64,000 nt of DNA. Source: Myxococcota bacterium. Its GTDB lineage: Bacteria > Myxococcota_A > UBA796 > CAJQPC01. Location of the stretch: NCBI GenBank assembly GCA_036229005.1, contig JAZAMN010000011.1, positions 191,283 through 255,282 on the forward strand, given 5' to 3'. A program made the translations under genes and the position numbers. Shown piece by piece: positions 1-11,707 of this stretch (its first letter is position 1; the number at the start of each line of letters is the position of its first letter). The notes beneath the pieces were generated by a model. The model had not been told where the DNA came from, ran no database searches, and saw nothing but the letters and a program-made list of their open reading frames with translations.

Positions 1-865
1 GCCCGGGCAGGGGCCGCCCCAGCATGTCCTCGACGAAGAGACCGGCGTTGGAGAGCGCGGGCAGGTCGATGCCGGTTTGGTAGCCCATCTCGGTGAGCAT
101 GTAGACGAGATCCTCGCTCGCAGCGTTCCCGCTCGCACCCGGCGCGTAGGGGCAGCCGCCCAGACCCGCGACCGAGGTGTCGAACTGCCGGACCCCAGCC
201 TCCAGGCCCGCCAAGATGTTGGCCAGAGCGGTCCCGCGGGTGTCGTGCATGTGCAAGGTCACCCGCTCGGGCCCCACGCCTGCCTCGCCCAGCAGCCGGA
301 TGATCTCCTGGACCTGCCGGGGGTTGCCCATGCCGGTGGTGTCGCCCAGGGAGATCCGCTCGGCGCCGGCCTCGAGCAGGGCCAGGGAGAGGTCCACGGT
401 GCGCTGGGGGTCGGTCTTGCCCTCGTAGGGGCAGCCAAAGACGGTGGACAGGTAGCTGCGCACCCGGAGGCCCTCGGCGCGGGCGTCCGCGATGACCTCG
501 CGCAGGCCCATCAGCGACTCGGAGGTCGAGCGGTTCACGTTCTTGAGGTTGTGGGTCTCGCTGACGGACATGAAGGTCGCGACCGCCTTCATCTCCACAC
601 CCACGGCCCGGTCCAGGCCCCGCTTGTTGGGGACGAGGCCCCAGTAGGTCACGCCCTCGACGTCCGGGAGCGCACCGACCACCTGATCGGCGTCGGCGAG
701 CTGGGGGATCCAGCGGGGCCGGACGAAGGAGGACACCTCGATGTCGCGTACCCCGGCGGCGACAAGCTGCTCGATGAAGGCGAGCTTGTCCTGGGTGCTG
801 AGGGTGACGGACTCGTTCTGGAGACCATCCCTCGGGCCGACTTCGTAGACGCTGACGCGCTCCAT
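1..865 (-). CDS. Hydroxymethylglutaryl-CoA lyase (3' end runs off the window)
   Basis: Manual translation starts MERVSVYEVGPRDGLQNE, the HMGL-family motif; GGAG RBS upstream. Not in the ORF track because it is truncated. Confidence 0.9.
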   Translation of the reverse strand, partial: MERVSVYEVGPRDGLQNESVTLSTQDKLAFIEQLVAAGVRDIEVSSFVRPRWIPQLADADQVVGALPDVEGVTYWGLVPNKRGLDRAVGVEMKAVATFMSVSETHNLKNVNRSTSESLMGLREVIADARAEGLRVRSYLSTVFGCPYEGKTDPQRTVDLSLALLEAGAERISLGDTTGMGNPRQVQEIIRLLGEAGVGPERVTLHMHDTRGTALANILAGLEAGVRQFDTSVAGLGGCPYAPGASGNAASEDLVYMLTEMGYQTGIDLPALSNAGLFVEDMLGRPLPG

Positions 866-930
866 GCAACCTCCCAGGTTGCTCCCATCATAGCCGCGCA
901 GGGCGGAAGAGGACAGGAGCCCTCCTTGGC

Positions 931-1848
<918 letters not shown>

Positions 1849-1926
1849 GGGGTCCTCCAGAGAAGGGGGTCGTTCGCGCATAGGGTCCTCAATGCGGCGG
1901 CGGGGTTCAACCCAGCACACAGATTC

Positions 1927-1943
1927 CTGGCACGGTGGTTGCT
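1927..1943 (+). promoter_or_regulatory. Sigma54 -24/-12 promoter for the GDPD-Rieske-methyltransferase genes
   Basis: CTGGCACGGTGGTTGCT matches TGGCAC-N5-TTGC exactly. Confidence 0.7.
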
Positions 1944-1955
1944 CTCAGTGGGCGC

Positions 1956-2876
1956 ATGATGCCGCTCCTGCTCCTCTCCGCCCTCTCCCTTCTCCCCACC
2001 GCGGGGGGCTCGGGAGCGTCCCAGACCCCGGCCTGGATCGCCCACCGCGGGGTGCATCAGGTCATCCAGCTCCAAGGCGTGGAGGCTGACACCTGCACCG
2101 CCGACCGCATCCTGCCCTCCACCCACACGCACCTCGAGAACACCCTGGAGTCCGTGCAGGCGGCGCTGGAGGCGGGTGCGCAGAAGGTGGAGGTGGATCT
2201 CCAGCGCAGCGCAGACGGCCACCTCGTCCTCTTCCACGACGCAGACCTGTCCTGCCGAACGGATGGGAGCGGCCCGGTCGCCGAGCACACCCTGAGCGCG
2301 CTGCAGGCGCTGGACCTGGGCTACGGCTACACCGCGGATGGCGGGCAGAGCTTCCCCCTGCGCGGAGCTCCCCAGCGAATGCCGACGCTGGAGGCGCTGT
2401 TGGAGACCTTCCCGGAGGCGGCGTTCGTGTTCCACCTCAAGAGCTCCGACCCCCGGGTTGGGCTGGACCTGGCCCGGGCGCTGGAGGGCGCCGAAAATCC
2501 ACATTGGGTGTACGGCCATCCACGATCCGTTGCAGCCTTCACCGAGCAGGCGCCCCACATCCCCACCCTGGACAAGCCCAGGCTCAAGGCCTGCCTCAAG
2601 GAGGCCGCGCGAACGCCCCTGCAAGCGACTCTGCCGTCAACCTGTGACCGGAGCTGGATCCTCCTGCCCGCCCCTTGGACCCGGCTGATTCCCGGTGGAC
2701 CTCGGCGCTTCTTCAAGCGAGCGGAGCGGAGCGGCGTTCCGGTCGTGTTGGCGGGCCCGCTGGTAGATGGCAATGGCACCGGCGTGGACAGTTCCCGGGA
2801 TCTACGCCGCGTCCCCCGCAGCTTTCAGGGCTGGCTCTGGACCAACCGCGTCGAGGAGATGGCCCCGCCGCGTTAG
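1956..2876 (+). CDS. Glycerophosphodiester phosphodiesterase family protein, probably secreted
   Basis: IAHRG, ENT, VEVD and LFHD motifs; hydrophobic N-terminus. Confidence 0.85.
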   Translation: MMPLLLLSALSLLPTAGGSGASQTPAWIAHRGVHQVIQLQGVEADTCTADRILPSTHTHLENTLESVQAALEAGAQKVEVDLQRSADGHLVLFHDADLSCRTDGSGPVAEHTLSALQALDLGYGYTADGGQSFPLRGAPQRMPTLEALLETFPEAAFVFHLKSSDPRVGLDLARALEGAENPHWVYGHPRSVAAFTEQAPHIPTLDKPRLKACLKEAARTPLQATLPSTCDRSWILLPAPWTRLIPGGPRRFFKRAERSGVPVVLAGPLVDGNGTGVDSSRDLRRVPRSFQGWLWTNRVEEMAPPR

Positions 2877-2897
2877 ATGCGGGGGCGGAGAGTCCTC

Positions 2898-3827
2898 ATG
2901 GTCCGAGATCGGTGGTACGTGGTCCTGGAGACCGGAGAGCTCCCCCGCAAGGGCGCGCTGGGCGTGGTTCGCTTCGGCCGCCGCCTGGCCTTCTGGCGCG
3001 ATGAGGCCGGCACGCTGCGCTGCGTGGACGACGACTGCCCACATCGGGGGGCCGCGCTCTCCCAAGGGCGCATCGTCGACGGCTGCCTGGAGTGCCCGTA
3101 CCACGGCTTCCGCTTCGACGAGAAGGGGCAGTGCACGCACATCCCCGCCCACGGCCAGGACCGCCCCATCCCCAAGGCGATGCGCACCCGAGCCTGGCCC
3201 GTACGCGAAGACCAGGGCTTTGTGTGGCTCTGGCTGGGCGAGCACCGAGAGCAGCTCCCCCCCCTCCCCTTCTTCGACGACCTCCGCGAGGGCTACGCCT
3301 GGGCCGGCGCCACGGACGACTGGGACACGGACTGGACCCGGGCGATGGAGACGCAGCTCGACTTCACCCACCTGCCCTTCGTCCACCAGGACAGCATCGG
3401 CAAGAAGGTCCCCCACCGCCTGGAGGTCGACACCCAGGTCGACGGCGACCGCATGCTCATCCGCTACGACCCCGAGACCTACGACGCCAAGGACTTCCTG
3501 GTCGAGGTGCGCAACCCGGGGCTGTGGCGCAACCAGCTCACCCCCGGCGTCTGGGGCTTTCTGGCCTTCGTCCCCGTGCGCGAGGGCCAGTGTCGCGTCT
3601 ACCTGCGCTTCTACCAGAACAAGCTGACCCTGCCGGTGCTCGGCACGCTGTTCTCGGCGCTGTCGAACCTCTACAACCTCAAGGTCCTCAACGAGGACAA
3701 GGTCGTCGCGCTCACCCAGGAGCCCCGCAAGACCTGGCTGCGCATGGGCGAGACCCTGCTCCCCTCCGACCGCCCCATCATCGCCTTCCGCCGCTGGCTG
3801 GACACCCAGCCGCACCTGGAGGACTGA
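2898..3827 (+). CDS. Rieske 2Fe-2S oxygenase alpha subunit (VanA/PaO-like)
   Basis: CPHRG...CPYHG Rieske ligands; DFTHLPFVH mononuclear iron motif; late NED. Confidence 0.88.
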   Translation: MVRDRWYVVLETGELPRKGALGVVRFGRRLAFWRDEAGTLRCVDDDCPHRGAALSQGRIVDGCLECPYHGFRFDEKGQCTHIPAHGQDRPIPKAMRTRAWPVREDQGFVWLWLGEHREQLPPLPFFDDLREGYAWAGATDDWDTDWTRAMETQLDFTHLPFVHQDSIGKKVPHRLEVDTQVDGDRMLIRYDPETYDAKDFLVEVRNPGLWRNQLTPGVWGFLAFVPVREGQCRVYLRFYQNKLTLPVLGTLFSALSNLYNLKVLNEDKVVALTQEPRKTWLRMGETLLPSDRPIIAFRRWLDTQPHLED

Positions 3828-4757
3828 GTGTCCCTGCAGCTCCTGATCAGCCCCCTCGCCCAGCAAGCCTTCTTTGGGGAGGTGGACGCCGTGGCCCTCG
3901 CAGAGCTTGAGGCTCACCACCCCGGCTGCGATCCACGCGTGCACTCCAAGGGACCTCTGCGCCTCGTCGAGGTCAGTCTGTCCTCGTCGGCGGCCGAGAG
4001 TCTGGCGCGGCTGTCCTGGGTGCAGGCGGTGTTCGAGACGGTGGGCCAGGATCTGCGGGTGCTGGAGATCCCCTCCCCCTTCATCCACCCGCCAGAGCTG
4101 GTCACGGGCAACAAGTACCGCGGCAAGACCAACGAACTGGCCACCCAGATGGCGATCAACCTGGCGATCGCGGCCTGCCGCCTGGAGCCCAAGAGCCTGC
4201 TGGATCCCGTCGCGGGGCGCGGCACGACGCTGCTGTGGGCGATGCGCTACGGGCTGGAGGCCTGGGGCATCGAGAAGGACCCGGCGGCCATCGACCACCT
4301 GCGGCGGCACCTGGGGCGGCAGACCAAGCTGCGGCGCCTCAAGCACAAGCTGCAGACCGGCGGCAAAGCGGGCAAGGCGGGGGCCTTCCTGGACCTCCAG
4401 CTCCTGGATCCCAGCGGACGCATGCGGCTGGTCACCGGCAGCAGCCAGAACGCGGGCAAGCTGCTCCAGAACAAGCGGGTCGAACTGATCGTGGGCGATC
4501 TGCCCTACGGGGTGCAGCACGTCGGCCCCGGCGGCACCCGCGATCCCTCCAAGGTGCTGGAGGCCTGCGCGCGCCCTTGGACCGAGCGGCTCAAGGATGG
4601 GGGCGCGATGGTGCTGCTCTACAACCGCCTGCTCCCCAAGCGAGAGGTCCTGGCCCCTCTGTTCGAGAAGCAGGGGCTGCGGGTGCTGGACTGGCAGGCT
4701 CCCCACCGGATGAGCGAGTCGATCCTGCGGGATGTGCTGGTGATGGTGAAGGACTGA
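3828..4757 (+). CDS. Putative SAM-dependent methyltransferase (Trm11/THUMP-like)
   Basis: LLDPVAGRGTTL SAM-binding motif and DLPYG motif IV. Confidence 0.7.
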   Translation: MSLQLLISPLAQQAFFGEVDAVALAELEAHHPGCDPRVHSKGPLRLVEVSLSSSAAESLARLSWVQAVFETVGQDLRVLEIPSPFIHPPELVTGNKYRGKTNELATQMAINLAIAACRLEPKSLLDPVAGRGTTLLWAMRYGLEAWGIEKDPAAIDHLRRHLGRQTKLRRLKHKLQTGGKAGKAGAFLDLQLLDPSGRMRLVTGSSQNAGKLLQNKRVELIVGDLPYGVQHVGPGGTRDPSKVLEACARPWTERLKDGGAMVLLYNRLLPKREVLAPLFEKQGLRVLDWQAPHRMSESILRDVLVMVKD

Positions 4758-4778
4758 GGGCGCGGCCAGCGGGGCGAA

Positions 4779-4970
4779 GCCCCGAAAACGAAGATGCCCT
4801 CCCCGAAGGGAGGGCATTCGAATGGTGACCCCTACGCCCGGGCCGAAGGCCCCAGGAATACCGCGAACCCCGCGGGGCGAAGCCCCCGGAGACATACACG
4901 GGTTCGAATCCCGCCCCGAAAACGAAGATGCCCTCCCCGAAGGGAGGGCATTCGAATGGTGACCCCTACG
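4779..4970. repeat. 58-bp direct repeat (4779-4836 and 4913-4970) containing the tRNA-Glu 3' end and terminator hairpin
   Basis: gccccgaaaacgaagatgccctccccgaagggagggcattcgaatggtgacccctacg occurs twice, 134 bp apart. Confidence 0.9.
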
Positions 4971-5034
4971 GGATTCGAACCCGTGTTGCCGGGATGAAAA
5001 CCCGGTGTCCTGGACCTGACTAGACGAAGGGGTC
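4957..5034 (-). tRNA. tRNA-Glu (TTC)
   Basis: GACCCCT/AGGGGTC acceptor stem, ccggg-ttTTCat-cccgg anticodon arm, GGTTCGAATCC T-arm, encoded CCA. Confidence 0.95.
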
Positions 5035-5046
5035 AAAGGGTGAGGG

Positions 5047-5122
<76 letters not shown>

Positions 5123-5133
5123 AGCCGCAGCCG

Positions 5134-6448
<1,315 letters not shown>

Positions 6449-6572
6449 TTAGCCGCCCGAGCAGGGCCCGGGTCCATTTCGTGGCAGGAGCGTTGCACGC
6501 CCAGGTACCGCCGAGCCGGCCACGCCTCCAATCTCCCCCTTGCGCGCGACCACAAGGGGATCCGAAGGCCGC

Positions 6573-7613
6573 CTACCGAGTGCGCTTGGCCCCGCTGCGG
6601 GCGTCCTCGTTGCTGCCATCGATCGCGACGGCGGCGCGGTATTCCCGGTGTGCGTTGCGTTGCAGTCCCTGACCTTCGTAGGCCCGGGCCAGCTCCAGCC
6701 GGTACTTGAAGACCCGAGGCCCCTTTCCGACGGCCTTGCGGAGCTGATCCACAGCTCCCCGGTCGTTCTCGTCCAGGCGCCGGAGCGCTCGCCCCAGCCG
6801 GTAGTGGGCCTCTCCGTTGGGCGGATCCAGCTCCACAGCGCGGGCAAAGTGCGTCACCGCCTCCCGCAGCGAGCCGTACTGCTCCGCGTTGTCCCCCATC
6901 GCGACGATGTGATCGATCTGCACCTGGCGCGCCCGGGTGTTGGCGTCTTCAAAGGCCTCCCGGTAATGCTCGTTCTTGGGGTCGAACTGCGTGGCCAGGT
7001 AGAAGGAGCTGGAGGCCTTGCTCCAATTCTCAGCGTCCATGGCCTCCTTGCCCGCGCGGTAGTGCTCCTTGCCCTTGCGGATCCGCTCGATCATGCGCTG
7101 CTTGAAGGCCTCGACGGCGGAGGGAACGGCGGGCCCCTTCTTGGCCTTCGGCTTTGAGCGCTTGCGCTTGCGCTGGGACTGAGCCGCCCGGAATCGGGCC
7201 TTGTCCGCGCGCTTCTTGGCGTCCTCGGAGTCCCAACGGACCTCGTGGTGGGAGACGTCCTCTGGACTTGGCTCGGTGGGCTGGCTGCTGGTGGCGGCCT
7301 CGGGCTTCTTCCTCCGCCGCCGCCTGGGCTGCTCGTCCCCTGCCTTCTCCCCGCGCCGGAGCCGGCTGCTGAGGTTCTGGTAGGCCTCATTGATCCCCGC
7401 GAACACGTCCTCGATGAGGTCGGCGTCCTGTCCGAGGTCCTTCCGGTAGAAACGGTCCGGGTGGTAACGGCGCGAGAGCTCGTAGTAGCTGGCGCGCAGC
7501 TCCTTGGTCCCAGCCCCAGCACCGAGCTTGAACAGCGTCTCGTAGTCAGCGAGCTCCAGCAGGCTCTTCATCCTGCGGAGATCGGCGAGTTCCTGTTCGT
7601 TGAGTCCGGACAC
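6573..7613 (-). CDS. DnaJ-domain plus TPR protein
   Basis: N-terminal J domain with HPD (RRYHPDRF), basic linker, C-terminal TPR-like repeats. Confidence 0.8.
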   Translation of the reverse strand: MSGLNEQELADLRRMKSLLELADYETLFKLGAGAGTKELRASYYELSRRYHPDRFYRKDLGQDADLIEDVFAGINEAYQNLSSRLRRGEKAGDEQPRRRRRKKPEAATSSQPTEPSPEDVSHHEVRWDSEDAKKRADKARFRAAQSQRKRKRSKPKAKKGPAVPSAVEAFKQRMIERIRKGKEHYRAGKEAMDAENWSKASSSFYLATQFDPKNEHYREAFEDANTRARQVQIDHIVAMGDNAEQYGSLREAVTHFARAVELDPPNGEAHYRLGRALRRLDENDRGAVDQLRKAVGKGPRVFKYRLELARAYEGQGLQRNAHREYRAAVAIDGSNEDARSGAKRTR

Positions 7614-7617
7614 GCCT

Positions 7618-8535
7618 TCAATCTACGCCGACGGGGGTGGATTGGCCATGGCTGGCCTCTGACTCGCTGTCCCCATGGGGATGTGCCGCGCGGTGGACCT
7701 CCAGCAGGTGCTCCGCCGAGACATGGGCGTAGCGCTGGGTCGTCCCCAGGGATGCGTGCCCGAGCTGCTCCTGGATCGAGCGCAGATCCGCTCCCCCGCT
7801 CAGCATGTGGGTCGCGCAGCTGTGCCGGAGGGCGTGCGGGTGGAGACCGGCGACCCCACTCTGCAGCCCCGACTGCTGCGTCACCCGGTGGATCCAGCGC
7901 ACCGACAGACGCTTGCCGTCCCGATTCAGGAAGAGCGGACCTGGCCCCTGCCCCCGGTGCTCAAGCCAGCGCTCCAGCGCCTCCATCGCGGCACCCCCCA
8001 TGGGCACCTGCCGCTCCTTCCCGCCCTTGCCGGAGCGCACCCTCACCAGCCCCTGGTCCCAGCGGAGATCCCCGAGGTCCAGCGCCGCCAGCTCGGAGAC
8101 GCGCAGCCCCGCCCCGTAGAGCAGCTCCAGGATGGCAGCGTTGCGGAGGGCATGCCATCCGCCCTGGATGGGGTTCTCCACCACATCGGCCGCCTGGTCT
8201 TCGGACAGGTGTCGGGGGAGTCTCTGGGGCAGGCGAGGCATCTGCAGGTGCTCCGCTGGCGAGTGCTCGCAGTGCCCGGCCTCCATCGCCCAGCGGTAGA
8301 AGCTGCGGTAGGCGCTCATCCGCCGGCGCATGCTGGAGGCCGCCGGCGCGGTACCAGCCACCTGGGCCAAGTGCGCCCGGAGCTCCGCGGGGCGCGCGTC
8401 AACCAGCTCCACACCCCGCTCGGCGAGTGCATGCTCAAGTCGCTGCAGATCCCGGCCGTACGCCCGCAGGGTGTGGGGGCTCGCCCCGCGCTCTGCGCGC
8501 TGAAAGCCCAAGAACTGTTCCACCAACGACGGCAT
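7618..8535 (-). CDS. xerC: Tyrosine recombinase XerC
   Basis: SPHTLRAY, LYGAGLRVSEL, GKGGKER, HPHALRHSCATH and LGHASLGTTQRY motifs. Confidence 0.85.
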   Translation of the reverse strand: MPSLVEQFLGFQRAERGASPHTLRAYGRDLQRLEHALAERGVELVDARPAELRAHLAQVAGTAPAASSMRRRMSAYRSFYRWAMEAGHCEHSPAEHLQMPRLPQRLPRHLSEDQAADVVENPIQGGWHALRNAAILELLYGAGLRVSELAALDLGDLRWDQGLVRVRSGKGGKERQVPMGGAAMEALERWLEHRGQGPGPLFLNRDGKRLSVRWIHRVTQQSGLQSGVAGLHPHALRHSCATHMLSGGADLRSIQEQLGHASLGTTQRYAHVSAEHLLEVHRAAHPHGDSESEASHGQSTPVGVD

Positions 8536-8553
8536 GCGTAGATGATAGCGCCC

Positions 8554-8582
8554 TTGCCGAATGCGCGACCCCGCTCTATAGC
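8554..8582 (+). promoter_or_regulatory. Sigma70-like promoter of topA
   Basis: TTGCCG-17nt-TATAGC, 26 nt upstream of the GTG start. Confidence 0.5.
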
Positions 8583-8608
8583 CCTGACCCTGCCCCGAGT
8601 GCGTCCAC

Positions 8609-11380
8609 GTGTCGAAGCCCCTGGTCATCGTCGAGTCCCCCGCAAAGGCCCGTACCATCTCCAAGTTTCTGGGGGACGAGTACCAGGTCGAAGCCTCCGT
8701 CGGTCACATCCGCGACCTCCCGCAGGGCAGCGCGGAGCTCCCCAAGCAGTACAAGGGGCAGCACTGGTCCGACCTGGCGGTGAACGTCGACAACGACTTC
8801 GAGCCCGTCTACGTCCTCACCCCCCGCGGACGCGAGCAGGTCAAGAAGCTCAAGGCCATGCTCAAGGATGCCCCCGAGCTCCTGCTCGCAACGGATGAGG
8901 ACCGCGAGGGTGAGGCCATCGCGTGGCACCTGACCGAGGCCCTCAAGCCCAAGGTCCCGATCCGCCGCCTGGTCTTCCACGAGATCACCCGGCGCGCCAT
9001 CGAGGCCTCCCTGGACAACGCTCGGGACCTGGACATGGACCTGGTGCGCGCCCAGGAGACCCGACGGATCGTGGATCGCCTCTTTGGCTACCGCGTCTCC
9101 AAGGTCCTCTGGCGCAAGGTCAAGCCGCGCCTGAGCGCGGGGCGCGTGCAGTCCGTCGCGGTGCGCCTGCTGGTGGAGCGCGAGAAGGCCCGCATGTCCT
9201 TCGTGCCCTCCACCTGGTGGGACATGGACGGCGAGTTCAAGGCCGAGAGTGGCGACTACAGCGCCCGCCTGGTCTCCCTCGGAGAGCGCCGCCTCCCGCG
9301 CGGCAAGGACTTCAACCCGGACAACGGCGAGCTCTACAAGCCCGACGAGATCGCCCATCTGGACGAGGCCGGCGCGAACGCACTGCGCGAGGCGCTGCTG
9401 GCCGGCGCCGGGAAGGTCTCCGCGGTGGAGACCAAGCCCTTCAGCGAGAAGCCCTCGGCCCCCTTCACCACCTCCAAGCTCCAGCAGGAGTGCAACCGGA
9501 AGTTCCGGTGGAGCGCCCGCCGCGCCATGGGAGTGGCCCAGCGCCTCTACGAGAACGGCTGGATCACCTACATGCGTACGGACTCCGTGCACCTGAGCCC
9601 CGAGGCCATCTCGGCGGCTCGGGACTACGCCGTACAGAACTTCGGGCCGAACTTTGTCCCGGACAGCCCGCGTCACTACCAGACCAAGGCAAAGGGAGCG
9701 CAGGAGGCGCACGAGGCCATTCGGCCCGCCGGCGAGACCTTCCGCTCGGTCGACGACTGCGCGGCGGCGATGGGTGCAGACGAGGCTCGGCTGTATGAGC
9801 TGATCCTCAAGCGCACCGTGGCCTGCCAGATGGCCGACGCGACCGGTCAGCGCATGAAGGTCGAGACCCAGGTCCAGGCCGACGGCCAGCCCCTGGCGAC
9901 TTTCCGCAGCAACGGCAAGACCTACACCTTCCCGGGCTTCCGGGCCGTCTACGTGGCGACCTCGGGCAACGCCCAGGAGTCCGAGCTCGTGCTGCCGCCT
10001 CTGAGCGAGGGCGAGTCCTCCAAGGCCACCGAGCTGACGGTGTCCTCGCATACGACCCAGCCGCCCTCCCGTTTGAGCGAAGCGGCCCTGGTCCAGCGAC
10101 TGGAGGAGTTGGGGATCGGCCGTCCGTCCACCTACGCCTCCATCATCGAGACCATCCAGAACCGCGGCTATGTCTTCAAGAAGGGCACCGCCCTGGTCCC
10201 GACCTGGACCGCGTTCGCGGTGACCCGGCTGCTGGAGGAACACTTCACGGGCCTGGTGAACTACGACTTCACCGCCACCCTGGAGGGCGGCCTCGACCGC
10301 ATCGCTGTCGGAAAGGAGGAGCCCAAGGTCTACCTGGAGAGCTTCTACCGAGGCGCACAGCAGGGTGAGGGCCTCGAGGAGCTCATCGCGGCTGCCCTGG
10401 AGGCCGCCGATCCCCGCTCCATCTGCTCGATCCCCATCGGCGACAGCGAGGGCAACCCCGTCATCGCGCGTGTCGGGCGCTACGGCCCCTACCTGGAGCA
10501 CGGCGACAACACCCGCAGCATCCCGGACGAGATGGCGCCGGACGAGCTCACCCTGGCCAAGGCCGTGGAGCTGCTCTCCGAGATGCCCGATGGCCCCCGG
10601 GAGCTGGGCGCGGATCCGGAGACCGGCCTGATGGTCACGGTGCAGACCGGCCGCTTTGGGCCCTACGTCCAGCTTGGCGAGCCCGAGGGCAAGAAGAAGC
10701 CCAAGCGGGCCTCGCTGCTCAAGGGAATGGAGGCCGAGGGCATCGACCTCTCGACCGCCCTCCAGCTCCTCAACCTGCCGCGCAGCCTGGGCAACGACGC
10801 CGAGGGCCATGAGATCCTGGCCTACAACGGCCGCTACGGGCCCTACATCAAGTGCAACGGCCAGTCCCGCAGCATCCCCGAGAACATCCACCTGCTCGAG
10901 ATCAACAACGAGCAGGCGCTCAAGCTCCTCGCGGAGCCCGCGCGTCGGGGTCGCAGCAGCAGCGCTCCCCTCAAGGAGCTCGGCGAGGATCCCGAAGGCC
11001 GCAAGGTCGTGATCAAGAGCGGTCGTTGGGGCCCCTACATCACCGATGGCGACGTGAACGTGACCATGCGCAAGGGCACAGAGCCGGAGGAGATGACCCT
11101 GGACGAGGCGCTGCCCCTGCTGGAGGCCAAGCGCGCCGCTGGCGGCGGCAAGAAGAAGCGGACCACCAAGAAGGCCGCGGCGAAGAAGACCCCGGCCAAG
11201 AAGACTGCAGCCAAGAAGACTGCGGCGAAGAAGCCCGCAGCGAAGAAGACTGCGGCGAAGAAGACCGCGACCAAGAAGGCCCCGGCGAAGAAGACGGCGA
11301 CCAAGACTGACGCGCAGATCGGCGAGGTCAAGGAGTCCGGAGTTCGCAGGACCGTCCGGCGCACGGTCCGGAAGAGCTGA
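8609..11380 (+). CDS. topA: DNA topoisomerase I with Toprim_C repeats and Lys/Ala-rich tail
   Basis: LVIVESPAKA, ATDEDREGE, SAGRVQS, ITYMRTD and GIGRPSTY motifs; GR(Y/F/W)GPY repeats; KKTAAKK tail. Confidence 0.97.
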   Translation: MSKPLVIVESPAKARTISKFLGDEYQVEASVGHIRDLPQGSAELPKQYKGQHWSDLAVNVDNDFEPVYVLTPRGREQVKKLKAMLKDAPELLLATDEDREGEAIAWHLTEALKPKVPIRRLVFHEITRRAIEASLDNARDLDMDLVRAQETRRIVDRLFGYRVSKVLWRKVKPRLSAGRVQSVAVRLLVEREKARMSFVPSTWWDMDGEFKAESGDYSARLVSLGERRLPRGKDFNPDNGELYKPDEIAHLDEAGANALREALLAGAGKVSAVETKPFSEKPSAPFTTSKLQQECNRKFRWSARRAMGVAQRLYENGWITYMRTDSVHLSPEAISAARDYAVQNFGPNFVPDSPRHYQTKAKGAQEAHEAIRPAGETFRSVDDCAAAMGADEARLYELILKRTVACQMADATGQRMKVETQVQADGQPLATFRSNGKTYTFPGFRAVYVATSGNAQESELVLPPLSEGESSKATELTVSSHTTQPPSRLSEAALVQRLEELGIGRPSTYASIIETIQNRGYVFKKGTALVPTWTAFAVTRLLEEHFTGLVNYDFTATLEGGLDRIAVGKEEPKVYLESFYRGAQQGEGLEELIAAALEAADPRSICSIPIGDSEGNPVIARVGRYGPYLEHGDNTRSIPDEMAPDELTLAKAVELLSEMPDGPRELGADPETGLMVTVQTGRFGPYVQLGEPEGKKKPKRASLLKGMEAEGIDLSTALQLLNLPRSLGNDAEGHEILAYNGRYGPYIKCNGQSRSIPENIHLLEINNEQALKLLAEPARRGRSSSAPLKELGEDPEGRKVVIKSGRWGPYITDGDVNVTMRKGTEPEEMTLDEALPLLEAKRAAGGGKKKRTTKKAAAKKTPAKKTAAKKTAAKKPAAKKTAAKKTATKKAPAKKTATKTDAQIGEVKESGVRRTVRRTVRKS

Positions 11381-11404
11381 GAGTCGAGGCCCCAACCGGC
11401 GGCC

Positions 11405-11707
11405 TCATCCAAACAACAGCGGCCACTCCGCACCGAGCAGCTCTTGATGCTGCCGGCTCAGGCTGTCGTAGTTCTGGAACAGGAACTCGGCGATCCGAAG
11501 GCGGAGCGCGGCCCGATCCACTACGAGCTCTTCGCTTCGGAGGCTCTCACAGCTCGGTGAGAGCGACTCCATGAAGCGCTCGAGGCTCTCCTCATCCAGA
11601 TGTCCCAGCTCCCCCAGCAGCTCCAGGTAGGCCTGGGCGTCGGGGGTCAGGACCAGGCTGCGGTAGCACCACTCACCGCAGACCGCGCTGTCATTGGACC
11701 AAGGCAT
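11405..11707 (-). CDS. Small protein, possibly Smg/DUF494-like
   Basis: LTPDAQAYLELLGELGHLD resembles the Smg C-terminal region; lies directly after dprA, where smg usually sits. Confidence 0.45.
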   Translation of the reverse strand: MPWSNDSAVCGEWCYRSLVLTPDAQAYLELLGELGHLDEESLERFMESLSPSCESLRSEELVVDRAALRLRIAEFLFQNYDSLSRQHQELLGAEWPLLFG

